64,000 nucleotides of DNA, taken from NCBI GenBank assembly GCA_026770705.1, contig JANJGN010000038.1, positions 7,564,001 through 7,628,000 on the forward strand, read 5' to 3'. How positions within the stretch are numbered: the stretch's first letter is position 1; the number at the start of each line of letters is the position of its first letter. The stretch is from Isurus oxyrinchus. Its lineage: Eukaryota. Shown here in pieces: positions 52,125-63,412 of the stretch. Position numbers and translations under genes: made by a program. A model generated the notes under the pieces. That model ran no database searches, was not told the DNA's origin, and saw only the letters and a list, made by a program, of their open reading frames with translations.

Positions 52125-55117
52125 CTAGAATAAATAAACGGAGTGTGTTATAAATGAGGTCAGGTTGAATATAGACTCGATATAACATAAAGGCGGCAGC
52201 TGGCAGGGCACATGAAAAGACCTTAAGTCGATTGAAGTAATTTTCTGAAAACACGGTATGATTGTTGGGGGTGACAATCGAGGTCATACAGCGCACCTTG
52301 GATAGAGGAGTTATTTTAAATGATAATGTTTGCATTATTTGCACCGTTCCATGAAAAATGATCATTCACCTGTGACTGAAGTTTATTTTTACTCTTTTAG
52401 CAGCCGCTAACAGCAAAATAATCAAAAATTTATTTAGAAGGCGAATTCGGCACTGATCTGAATAGAAAGGTGGACTCAGGCTCGAATCACTTGCATTTCA
52501 CAGGCTACACTAACCAGGAGATCATCAGGCAAATGAGGGCGGAGTCACATTTCAACTCAAGATTCAGCTGCACCTCATCGGCACAGTTTATGTTCACCGC
52601 TTAGGAGTTATTGACATTTTACGGCAAAGATCATACGTCGGTAGAAACAAATGATTTCACAGTATTTAAACCGGTTAAGGTGCATATATATTGACAGTAT
52701 AATCTGAACAGCAGCATTACTCTTTACCCAATGTCATCAGATTGGATTGTTATTGATGACGTCAGCATTGCAGTATCAACATCTTTGCTATGACTATCGC
52801 GATATATTATGTTTACAATTCTCTGGTTACACGGTTACTAAGGTCCTGTGAATTCTGTAATACATTGTGTCGTATATTTCCCTATGGCAGCTCCAGCATT
52901 ATGTCACAATAGCACCATAGGGATGGTTACCCTGTGGGGTAGAACTGTGAGCGCCTGGTTAAAAGTGACGTTAACAATTCCCTCAATCCCCTGAACGTGT
53001 CACTACTAACTCTCTAATTCTGCAAGCTATCCCACTGGCTGATTTTTCGATTTGTATTGAGCGCAGGTGGCTTAAGTGAATGCAGAAGCATCGTAATTTT
53101 ATGTGTACCTGCACCAAAAGAATAAACATTGTCATATTTTATCAAATTCATCGTTCTCATCAAATGCTTGTTTCCCCTCTATGAGAGTTGAATGATTGAC
53201 AAGCCTTGTTTTCTAAACAACCAAACAAGACCTTCCAATTTTACAATTCGAAAAAATTGTCGATCCTACAATACCTACTCTACCTTGAATTCTACCAGGC
53301 CATGAGCCCTTCATATATATGAGCTGATGAAGCATTGTAGGATCAGGCAATCTACAGAAATATCTGTACTGGAGTAAGACCAGCTGTTTAAGCTGTTCAA
53401 CCGGATTCGAGTCAACGCAACTGAATAGTACCGAGATAATTCAAAGACTGACATTGTGCAGGACACGGATATAAGTTGTGTTCACTTACCTATTGCACTT
53501 GAACGTGTGCCAGGTAGGGGATATTACGTGTAATATCCACAGCTTCACCAAACACTCGGCAGATAGATAGGCCGAATGGCCTCCTTCTTTTCCTGGATAA
53601 CTGCCACTCTATGAGCATCCAACATCGATAGCTGCCAGACCCTTTAGAAGACTGCTTCCTTCACTCAGCGAGATATTTTCCAGCATGGAGTGATCCCACA
53701 AGACATAAAAGAGCAGCTCCAACTACTGGAGGTTCAGAGACTCAGCAACATTTGCTTAACTCTGGGCAGGTACATCAATACAGTCACCTGGGCATATATT
53801 CTCTACATGGCCATGCATACATTTTTCGATGACATGGCTGAGATTTCAGATCAACAGTGGATGAAGTATTGTACTCCTGCTATGTTTCTCACTTAGTAAA
53901 CCCAGTATAACAGAAAGTTATGCGAGAATGCACTGTCCAGAAGGTGAATTGTGCAATGATCCCTGGTTGACACGTTTTTGTTTGCCCATCGAAACTTTAT
54001 TGGGTCTTTTTCAGATTCCGAGGATGTTTGTGGACTGCCTGGTAAGGCGACCTACCAACCAACTCTCTGATCTGCGCCTTTAATTTTAGTGTGCTTTTCA
54101 ACAGGGCACAATGAATAGTGGCCTGATGCACGTAAACAAGGGGGAAGAAAAAACAGCACAACTATTGGCGACAAGAATGCTACCAGTTGATTTACTGCAG
54201 ATTGAGATTCTCCTTGAAAAATCAGTTCTTGGTGCCTCCGCTTCGCATTGGACATACGGACAGATTGTGTGCTAAATTATGTGAGCTGAGCAATGTTGAC
54301 GATGGTGGCAACAAAGTCATGCCCTGCTTCATAGGTAACCTTTCACTGATTCAGAATTTCCCAAATACTTCATGGGGAAATAATAATACTTTTTCAAAAA
54401 TTTAAATACTTTAGTGTTTGAGTCCACAGCAAGTTAAACTAAAATAACACCCCGAAAAAAACTAAAGGAGCAAATAGGAAGACAGTCTATATAATGCTGT
54501 GTCTGGATATAATCGAGATAACAGACTCTGGAAGATATCACTGCTCCTGCAATTCTGCATGGAGTCTTCAACATGCGCCGGAACTATCGGATCGGGTCAA
54601 GAATATGCTTTTCAAATGAAACACAGCAGCACTGAGACTTCACGACCCTTCACACTGTTCGACTGCAATATGAGCCTCGATCAAGTGCCAGAATTGTGGA
54701 AAGGAGATTAATCCACAACCTTCTGATTCAGAAGCCAGGGAAATGTTAATGATGTCCGCTATGACTAAAAATTAAAATACGGGGATAATTTCAAATCAAT
54801 GCGTATCTCCGAATGCGATCTTTGGAAATTATACATATCGATCATTCATTGCACAACAACATCAAGTTGCAGTTTTGCAGCACGATAAACGTGGGGAAAA
54901 AGCCTCGAGGTGCTTTATAGCAGCAAAATCAGACAGCACCTGATGCCAAGTGAAGGAAGATCCAATCAGGTCAAGTAAACAAATCTTTGTAAAATATCGT
55001 TTCTTTAATGCGCTTCTTGAAGTAGCAGAGATAGGTAAAAGCAGCGCACAGGTTTAATGATGCATGTGTAGAGCTTAGTGTTTGGGCAGTTGACACCCAT
55101 ATTCTATAAGTGATGTA

Positions 55118-55385
55118 GGGAGCTGGTGGCCTAACGGTGATGTCAGTGAACAAGTAATAGTAGAAATCGCCTTAGTAATGGTGACCACGAAACTGCCACC
55201 GAACGCTGTAAACCAGATCTGCTTCACTAATGCCCCTGACGGAAGGAAATCTGAAATCCGTACATGGACCATGCCAGTTTCATTGACTTTTAAGCTGTCC
55301 TCCACCATGACTTAGAAATACATCAGCTCATGGGCAATTCGGCAACAAGTGCTGGCCTTGCCAGCGACATCCCATGAAATAATTA
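55118..55385 (+). mobile_element. Decayed SINE sharing its head/body with the LINE 5' end and its tail with the LINE 3' end
   Basis: Box A-like TGGCCTAACGG; 'catctg.ttcactaatg.cc'-like and 'ttgactttta' blocks match 2041-2141; the tail 'gggcaatt...tgctggccttgccagcgacatcccatgaa' matches 16771-16840. Confidence 0.6.
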
Positions 55386-55399
55386 GGACAAAATAAAGA

Positions 55400-55905
55400 A
55401 AATTGAGCATGCACACGAGATCTGAATTGGAGGCACGTGGGGATCCGGGAGGGCAGGCTGACTGGAGCAATAGCCAGCATAAAGCTTCCCGCTTTGTCGG
55501 CAACATGTTAAACTTTTTCAACATTTCTTTCTTCACTCCCGATGCACAGTGGCAACAGTGTGACCCATCTATAAGAGACCCTCCAGCCACTCCCTAACGC
55601 TACTTTGACAGCACTTTCCAAGCGCGGAACCACTACAATCTAGAAAGAAAAGGACAGCAGATGCGTAGGAACACGATCATCTGAAAAGGCTCCTCCAAGT
55701 TGCACACCATCTTTACTTGCCGCTAAATCATCATTCCATCATTATTTCTGGGTCTAAATCCTGTAATCCCCTAAAGTATTGTGCGTGTCATACGCCACGT
55801 GGTTTGCAACGGTTCAAGAGAAAAGGTCACCGCCATCTTCTCCAGGACAATTAGAGACAATACATGACCTTGCCAGCGACCCAAAAACTAGCCGAATGAA
55901 TACTT
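55400..55905 (+). mobile_element. Decayed 3' fragment of the same LINE family
   Basis: 'gcacagtggcaacagtgtgacccatctataaga...ggacaattagagacaatacatgaccttgccagcgacc'. Confidence 0.65.
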
Positions 55906-56721
55906 TAAAAAGAAACAGTTGATCGAGGAGAAAAGCCATGCAGGTATTTAAAAAACAGGAATAAGAATTTTCAAACGGTGTAGTTATTTGACTTGGAGCC
56001 AGCACAAGAGTAATGGTTAAATGGGGACATGTCGTGAATTGGGCCAACGGCTCAATAATTTTGGATGATTCTTGTTTGAAAGTGAAGGTGTGGAGATGGA
56101 GTGTATGGCGGGATTCAAAGATGATAGCTTTGCGATTCTCGAGGAGACAACCTGTACTCGCTTAATATTGACTGTCTAGACATGCAGCGGAAAAGTGAGA
56201 GGCAGTGGAGAATACAGAGAATGGGCAGTGAGGTAGCCCATTGTCAGTGGCCAAATGGGATAAAGAATTGCGATTTAGAAATATGTGGTTGAGGGGCATC
56301 ATCGGGTTGAAACATGGAAGATGAGTAAATAGTCAGAAGCTAGAAGACTCTCAATGTTAGGTGTCTTTCTGGCTGGAATTGATTTATCAGAGTGAAACCA
56401 TTCAAAAATCAGTTTTGGTGAATGTTGTCACTATATAGGTTGAGCGTAACTTCCTCCAATTTATTCAATCCGCCCTCTAGGTAAATACCTTATTGCGAAA
56501 CAGTAAATCACAGTAACTCTGAAAGAACGCTGATGCTTTGTGTAATCTGCTTGAAAGCACACCAAGTATTTCTAAAAGTGGAGGAACAGACGTGTGTTGC
56601 ACATTTTGGGTATTAGAGCATATATATCTTATACATTTTCTTCAAAGCATTAATGATCACCACGAAGATATCACACACAGACAAACCATGAATAAGCAAG
56701 GCAACCAATTTTCATTTTGCT

Positions 56722-56727
56722 TTTATT
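56722..56727 (-). terminator. PolyA signal for secretory-form mRNA
   Basis: AATAAA about 225 nt after the tailpiece stop, with a downstream GT-rich element 'ggtttgtctgtgtgtg' near 56672-56687. Confidence 0.75.
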
Positions 56728-56952
56728 GCAATCAGTTGTGCCACATACAGACAAACTAACCATGCGTCACTACACCCTTCATGAGTTTTTGATAATATGG
56801 CAACTTGTATAAAATGCGAACAGTCATTCGCTGCCCTGGAGGGTGATTGTGAGGTCAGATGATTGGGAGATTTGTTGATTCCAATGTTGAAATAATTAGG
56901 AACCTCACAGCGGTGACATTTCTACAGGAAAGGCCTGGTCAATCATGGCGGG

Positions 56953-57335
56953 TTATGTACACGATTTAACACTGTCAGTTAGGAGAAGCGAAACATTAAC
57001 TAAAGTAGGTTTACCGTGGGATTTATTAATACTTCGGATTAAATTCCTCTCGAGGGACGGGTGGCCCACTAAACAGGAGTAAGTGGTGCCAGTGTTCCAC
57101 TCGGCTGCGGTGAGTCTCAATCTGCCGGCTAAGAAGCTGGAACCATTTCCCTTCTCACTCTCCAGTTGGCTCGGATGACCTGAATCCAGAAGGGTGTCAT
57201 TGGCCATCCAAGCGATGTAAATCTCAGCAGGATAAAAACCGGTGGCGAGACACACCAGCGTTGCCGTATTCTCAGTGTCGATCTCATCCTCTGACGGAGA
57301 CAGAATGTAGACTTTGGGACTAATCATTGTGCCAA
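56953..57335 (-). CDS. IgW: Terminal constant exon plus secretory tailpiece (IgW CH6 / IgNAR C5 homologue)
   Basis: ctctttacag| acceptor; C1-set motifs TLVCLATGFYP, W and YSCLVGH; tailpiece GKPTLVNVSLLLTDSVKSCT* with an NVS sequon and penultimate Cys. An internal donor CAC G|GT AAA at 57015/57014 is in phase with TM1. IgW is preferred over IgNAR from remembered sequence similarity only. Confidence 0.93.
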
Positions 57336-57779
57336 CTGTAAAGAGAGAAATATACAAATATTTTTTAAACTGACTCTGTCTATTGTTTGGTCTTCACTAT
57401 ACATTTTCTTCTCTTAGAAGTACCATATGTTTGGAAATGTGGAATATTTCCTATCTCATAGGTTTAAAAATCTTTTTCCTTGCACATGGCTCTCATTCAT
57501 ATGTTTTCTTTTTATTGTTTGCATTGTGGCCCTATTTTTTTCCCCATAGAGTTGGGGAAAGCATTTTAAAGAAATGCTGACACTGTTGGACTTGGGGATG
57601 CAGCAGTTTCAGATTTCTTACATTTTCTTTACCATAGTTTTCATCAACGTGGTGACTGGTTGGACCCGGGACTGTATTTCATTGATTATACTAGAATTTA
57701 ACGTTTGGCCTGCTTTTTATTTTCGTTTGGGGCCATTGGCAATTGGACCAGTCCCTGAACGAGTGTTATCTGTGCTTAC

Positions 57780-58100
57780 CCTTTAATTTCCTCGTTGAGC
57801 GTCTCTTTGGTGTTGGTAATTCACTTCCTTCTACAAGACAGACATATTCCACCCCACTGTCCCACTCTGCCGCAGTGACCGTCAGTTTGCTCACAATGGC
57901 CAAATTGCTTCCACTCCACTCAGGATTCTGGGTCTCAACTCCTTCCGTTCTCATTCTCCCATCCACTTGCCAGGACACGCTGACGCTTTCTAAATCACTG
58001 TAAAGGATTTCACAAGCAATGGTCGCTGTCTTTTGAACCCATATCTCTTCAAACGGAGGGTTCAATATATTGACAGAAATGTCTGACTCAGGGCAATCAG
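57780..58100 (-). CDS. IgW: Constant exon (IgW CH5 / IgNAR C4 homologue)
   Basis: ctttccag| ... G|gtaagc; 321 nt, phase 1/1; ADCPESDISVNILNPPFEEIW..ATIACEI..SWQVDG..EYVCLV, with an extra N-terminal Cys (candidate inter-chain disulfide). Confidence 0.93.
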
Positions 58101-58874
58101 CTGGAAAGAAAAGCGAACGGTTGTTTCAAACTCTCATGTTGAAATCACGGACGACAAACACTGCAGAATGCTAGAAAATGTGAAACAGTACTTACTGAAA
58201 AGTGATTGAGTTGTTATTATCCTGTTGCTGGTTGAGATAACATGATGCTGCGCTCTCCTAGACTTATTGTTTTCATTCCTATGGCTTCCATGGATCATGT
58301 TCTGAATAATATTCACTGCAATTCTTTCCAGGCTCGCCGATTACTCTGACAGGGACTGAATATTTGATTGTATTTGCGCTGATTCTGGAGGTCGAACGCT
58401 GTCTAGTGGCCTGTAGGTGCCCGATTCTTTTCCCACTCATGTAACGTAATTAAAAGTTCCCTCTATTTATGACCCAATGTTTAGTTAATTTTCCCAGGAC
58501 TGATCAAAGGGCGGACGCGTGCCCTGAGCAAAACTTTATAGACGTTCTGCATGATTTGACACCAAGTTCACTCACTCAATTGGAGAGTCGAATGTTTTAG
58601 AGAGAGTGAAATATCATCCAATTTGGAAGGACTGCCGCTGGAACTTTGAGTTTAAGCAATTGTTTTGCAGAATGTAAAGTGAGGAAATGTGTAGTTTTAC
58701 CATGATATACCTGACCCAGAGGTACACAAATTTTAAATTAGTAACAATGGACAGGCCTTCTATACTATCCGTGCACTGAGAGCAATAACAGGTTTACCAA
58801 CAAAAATGGGGCGGGGGAGGGAGGCGGTGGGGTAGTTTTAAAAAAAATAAAATTCTGCTTCTGGTCAGGGAAAT

Positions 58875-59475
58875 AAAAACGTAAGAAATCGGAGCCGCAG
58901 CAGGCCATTCGATCCCTGAAGGCTCGCCGGCCATTCAATACAAGCATGACCTTCGCCTCTATCTCCAGCTCCCCACCCACTGCACATATTCCTTGATTCC
59001 CTGAAAGACCAACATTTATCCAGACTGTCAGATGTGACCACTTACTTGCCTGTTGGGTTGTCTGATTTAATCAATCACTTAACAAATCTCCTCTCAACCT
59101 CCTCTTATCCAAAGAGAACAGCCCTTCCCTTTAGAATCTACCTACGTAACTGATTCCCGTAACCCTGGAATAATTCTCACAATCCCTTTCTGCAGTCTCT
59201 CGAAACTTTTCATATTCTTGCTAACTTGTGGTGCCCAGAAATGGACACATTATAAAATACTGATTTGACCTAAACTGGAATAAAGTATGAACATAATCTC
59301 CTTGTTTTGGAACTCTCTGCCTCTGTTTGTACAGCCCAGGTTCTCATTGTTTAACCATTATCTCCAGCTTCCCCACGCTCATCAATGATTTGTACAGGTA
59401 TAAGGCCACGTATCCCTGTACTTGCAACCCGTTCGGAATTGCAGCCTTTAGTTTATATTGTCTCTCCTCATTTGG
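58875..59475 (-). mobile_element. CR1 3' fragment (intronic, decayed)
   Basis: Reverse tail 'aagaaatcggagccgcagcaggccattcg' and 'gtggtgcccagaaatggacaca' (VHFWAP). Confidence 0.7.
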
Positions 59476-59834
59476 CAGCAAAAGAAAATATTTGGAGGGG
59501 ATGAGGAAATTTTATAAAATAATAATGACAGTGTAATAAAACGAGCCATCTCAATGAGTTTAAACAGGATAAAACGTGGCAACGAGAAGGAATTTTGCAA
59601 CCAATTGACAAAAAATGTCCCCAAGTTTTAAAGGGGCTGATTTCAACATTGCAAAGCTCAGATCATCCTTCCAGCAAAGAAAATGGGATGTTTTAGATTA
59701 TTTTCTAACGGTTTCCTTGTAACTATTTGAACCAACATGAGACATTTAACTGTATCACATAAACATTATTTTCTGGTATAAGATCTAACAGGGAAGGTCA
59801 CTTTGAGTATCTCTGTCAAATGTCGATTGTTTAT

Positions 59835-60240
59835 CATGCAGAGAATGTGGGCCTCGCTGGCCGGGCCAGCACTTGTTGCCCATCCATAACTGCGCTCGAG
59901 AAGATGGTGGTGAGCTGCCTTCTTGAACCACTGCAGTCTATGTTTTATTGGTACACCCACAATGCTGTTAGGAAGGGTGTTCCTGGATTTTGACCAGCGG
60001 CAGTGAAGCAAACGACAAATATATTTCCAACTCAGGATTGTGTCTTGGAAATATATTGCCTTCCCTTCATTGTTGTCTGATAAAAATCCTGAAGCTCCCT
60101 TCCTAACAGCGCTGTGGGTAAACCTACACCACGTGGACTGGAGCGGTTCAAGAATGCAGCTCACCACCACCTTCTCACGGGCCACTAGGGATGGGAAGTA
60201 AGTGCTGGCCCAGCCAGCGAAGACCACATCCCGTTATGAG
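59835..60240. repeat. Fold-back (inverted) pair of LINE 3' ends
   Basis: Minus arm ~59835-60030 and plus arm 60045-60240, both homologous to the LINE tail at 16630-16840; perfect 13-bp central stem AATATATTTCCAA/TTGGAAATATATT. Confidence 0.8.
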
Positions 60241-61587
60241 TGGGTCAGCAGGGACAGAGTGCATCAGCAGCCTATTTTACCGAGAATGCATCACAGCCCA
60301 GTCGACTCTTGCCATCAGCAGATGTCCAAACATGTCGACTCCGACGATGGCCACTCAGGCCGTAGGAGGAGCAAAGAAAGTGTCCCTCACCTGTTACCAG
60401 ATACGCCCGGACCACTGTACCTTCCAAGAGTCACCGGTTCAGTGTGGTTAACCCAGTGATGAAAAACAGCCTCATTGAGGGAACATTATTATGAGTTGGT
60501 TCACATTACAGTGCATAGGTGCTCAGCGATCAGATGGAGCTCGAGCTTTAAGAGGCTGGGGCTCCGTCAGTCGAAGTATTTGCCCTGTTATTGCCACTGC
60601 TCACTATTGAGTTCTGTTCGTCACCTCTCGAACCTCAGCTAATGGTTGTTCCCAATGAACCCACATAGGCAGAAAATATCAGCAAGTTATTATGCCCTGA
60701 ATGCATCGCACCCAATTTTAACATTCATTCCAAACTGGCACATCGGTAGCTACCGTAGATTGGGAATCAAACCAATGACCATTCCTACTGCACAAACAAA
60801 GAGATACCGAGGCCAATTATCAGGACCCAGACACCAAAGGTCAATATCAACGAACTCAGCAAAGTACCTCCAGCTTCCTGGGAAATCTGAGAATTCCTAG
60901 CCAATCACTGAGGCGCTGGGCAATTATTGTGCAGGGTTTTTTTAGCCTTCACTTAAAAAATACTACACCGCCGGAAATGAAAATGTTGATCAGAGGAGAT
61001 TAAATTGATCAAAATAAATTGTCACTTCATTAGGTTCAGTCCATGAGGACGTTATTTGCCCAGGCCTGTGACCTCTAATGCATTTGTTGCAGTAGCTTTC
61101 AAGACTCGAAACATACAAAACGGCTTCGATTGTTCAACTCCCTGGTGACTGGCTGCTTCTGGTTCTGAACTCACTGCTGAAAAGCAGTCACTGTTGTTTT
61201 CTAAAAAAGAAATGAAACAGGGAAGTGGACCGCGCAAAGTCTTAACCCCACTTTGTGGAACAGAGTGTCCCTTAAGGTGTGCTTAGCACCATCTAAATAA
61301 AGCGCTCATTTCCAGAAAACTGAGAAGTTAAGTCTCAGACATTCTTATCCTTCCCCTTATCATCACTGGATTCTCAAATTGCTTGTGTAGGCGGACATAT
61401 TGAGTGCTGAGCACTGTACCATCTCTGTGCTGTCTGGGAGATCAGGCCACATTAATTGGTTCCCATACGTTATTTAATCCCTGCAACCTGGAGGGATGTG
61501 CTTGCTAGTGTGGTGGTTCTTCGGTGTTGCTGTCAATTTAAGTACAAACCTTGAATGTGGAAATGCAATCTGAGAAACTGTTTTTAC

Positions 61588-61905
61588 CTTTCGTGTTGCT
61601 GATGGTCATATTTTCTGTGGATTGTGTAGGTGGGTGTGAGGCGGCACAGGTGTATCTTGCTCCTGACTTCCATTCCGCTTCAGGTAAAATGAGGAGGCTC
61701 TTTGAACTGAAGGTCTGGTCCTGTTCAAGGGCCGTGGGGAAACTGTTGATGTTCGACCTCAAAGCAGCTCCGTTCTTCTGCCAGGAAATTATTATTTTGT
61801 CCGGGTAGAATCCTCTTATCAAACAAGTGAGGGTTGCGGCTTTGGTGCTTTGAATTTCTTCTGGTGATGGAGGCAAGAGCCGGAGCTTTGGCTCCACTGG
61901 CTCGA
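61588..61905 (-). CDS. IgW: Constant exon (IgW CH4 / IgNAR C3 homologue)
   Basis: ttgttacag| ... G|gtaaaa; 318 nt, phase 1/1; LRLLPPSPEEIQ..ATLTCLIRGFYP..SWQK..YTCAASH. Confidence 0.93.
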
Positions 61906-61994
61906 CTGTAACAAAAGTTCAACCACTGTTAGTCTTAACTTCATTGTCATTGGTAAACGTATATATATATATATGTAGGCATGTATAAGCTTAC

Positions 61995-62300
61995 CTCGTT
62001 GTTTCTTTCGTGTGCCTTTTGATACCGGAGTCGATGATAGATTGTCCTGTGCTGAACATGAGTATTCAGCCCCGCTCTCCCACTCTTCCACGCTGCTTGT
62101 CAAGCGGCTGATGGTCAGGTACTGGTTACCATCTTGGGTACCGGTTTCGATTTGAACACCTTCAGCCCTCACCTTTCCATTCACCTTCCAGGAGATCACA
62201 ACCTCATTGGGAGCTGTGGACACCACTTCACACACTAGGATGGCAGTTTTATTGATCCAAATATCTTCAACTGTGGGATCTCTGAGAAGTACTGTGATAT
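61995..62300 (-). CDS. IgW: Constant exon (IgW CH3 / IgNAR C2 homologue)
   Basis: cacttgtag| ... G|gtaagc; 306 nt, phase 1/1; ITVLLRDPTVEDIW..ILVCEV..SWKVNG..EYSCSA. Confidence 0.93.
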
Positions 62301-63412
62301 CTACAAGTGAGCAACAAAAACAAAAAAAAATAAAATCACGAGGAGGCTTTAATGCTGACAGTTCTACTTATTAACAATAATTTTTATATCAGTGACAATC
62401 TGTGGGCAGACATGTCAACACGTGGCATGCAGGACGTTTTAACCTGTAAGGAGGAAGGTCGCCTTCAAGGCTCTCAGTGCCTGGTGGAGGGACCCATGAT
62501 CATGAAGGGGGTGCTGCGCTGTGAGTCACCCCCAGCAGGCAAAACCCCTTCCACCATTCCTCAGATGTGGCCTGGGTCACCCCTTTTCTACATTGGACGA
62601 CACGTCCCAAGGACATTACCCTCCATCACACTTTCCTAGCACCAACATGCCCTTTCTACATCGGACGCCCTCCCAAAGACTTCCAACCACAGATGCTCGC
62701 TTCCTTCCACCCCAGCCTCTCCATAAGGACTACTTAATCATATCTGCACACACCCGGCATCATCTCCCTTGTCAGCTTTGAAACACCCAACACTTACATG
62801 ACCCTGGAATCCGAGATTCAGACGCAGTGGACTTGTTGTGTCCCCAGACCTGCCCACTGCTGCCGCTGGTGCTGCTGGGTAAATAGCGCTGCCAGCCAGT
62901 CAGATTGGCTAGCAGGTCCGAGTTGGAACATCCACCTGAGTTCGAGACACAAGTCCGGATCAAGCCAATTATTACTCCTGATTCAGGGGCTGCTGCGATT
63001 GGCGGGGATGTGATCCAACCACCAACCTCCCCTGCTCTGCACAACCCCCCCTAAAACCTTGCCCAGCCCCCACACTTCACCCCGATTCTGTGGATGGCAG
63101 TGCTGGGGTCTCCTGATCCGGAACTTCCTGCCAGTGACAGGTTAATTCCACTGTCTATTTCTCTGCCCTTGCTTTCTCTCTGCTCCATTCTTCCGTTTCA
63201 TCTTACATGCACATTTTTGTACCGATACTCAGCAGCAAATAGAATCCACTCTGGCAATTGGAACGATTTTCTCAATGAGGCTTTACAGTTTGACAGATTT
63301 TGTTGAAAATATATCCATTTGCTGTAATTCTCTGTTCTATTTTGCCTGCAGAAATTTGGCGAATTCAGTGGGCAGGGTGTGTCAACATTTTTTTTATCGT
63401 ACTATCAAAATA

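Larger units (their letters stand above)
34016..52549 (+). repeat. Tandem segmental duplication, unit B (18,534 bp including a 181-N gap; proximal TM cassette)
   Basis: Colinear with 15362-34015; carries a private CR1 at 49700-51394 and lacks unit-A segment ~18445-20133. Confidence 0.95.

Noticed and set aside
51853-52365. 170-aa ORF as a stand-alone membrane protein gene
   Set aside because: Only 52124-51967 is bounded by splice sites and is Ig-TM-like; the upstream part is not open in the paralogous copy.
15362-52549. Duplication as an uncollapsed-haplotype assembly artefact
   Set aside because: Roughly 10% divergence, private kb-scale indels and a gap-free junction are far beyond allelic difference.
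62340-63140. GC-richer intronic segment with an imperfect ~45-bp direct repeat (62580-62690), possibly a non-autonomous DNA transposon or an extra exon
   Set aside because: No terminal inverted repeats, TSD or Ig-domain motifs could be identified by eye.
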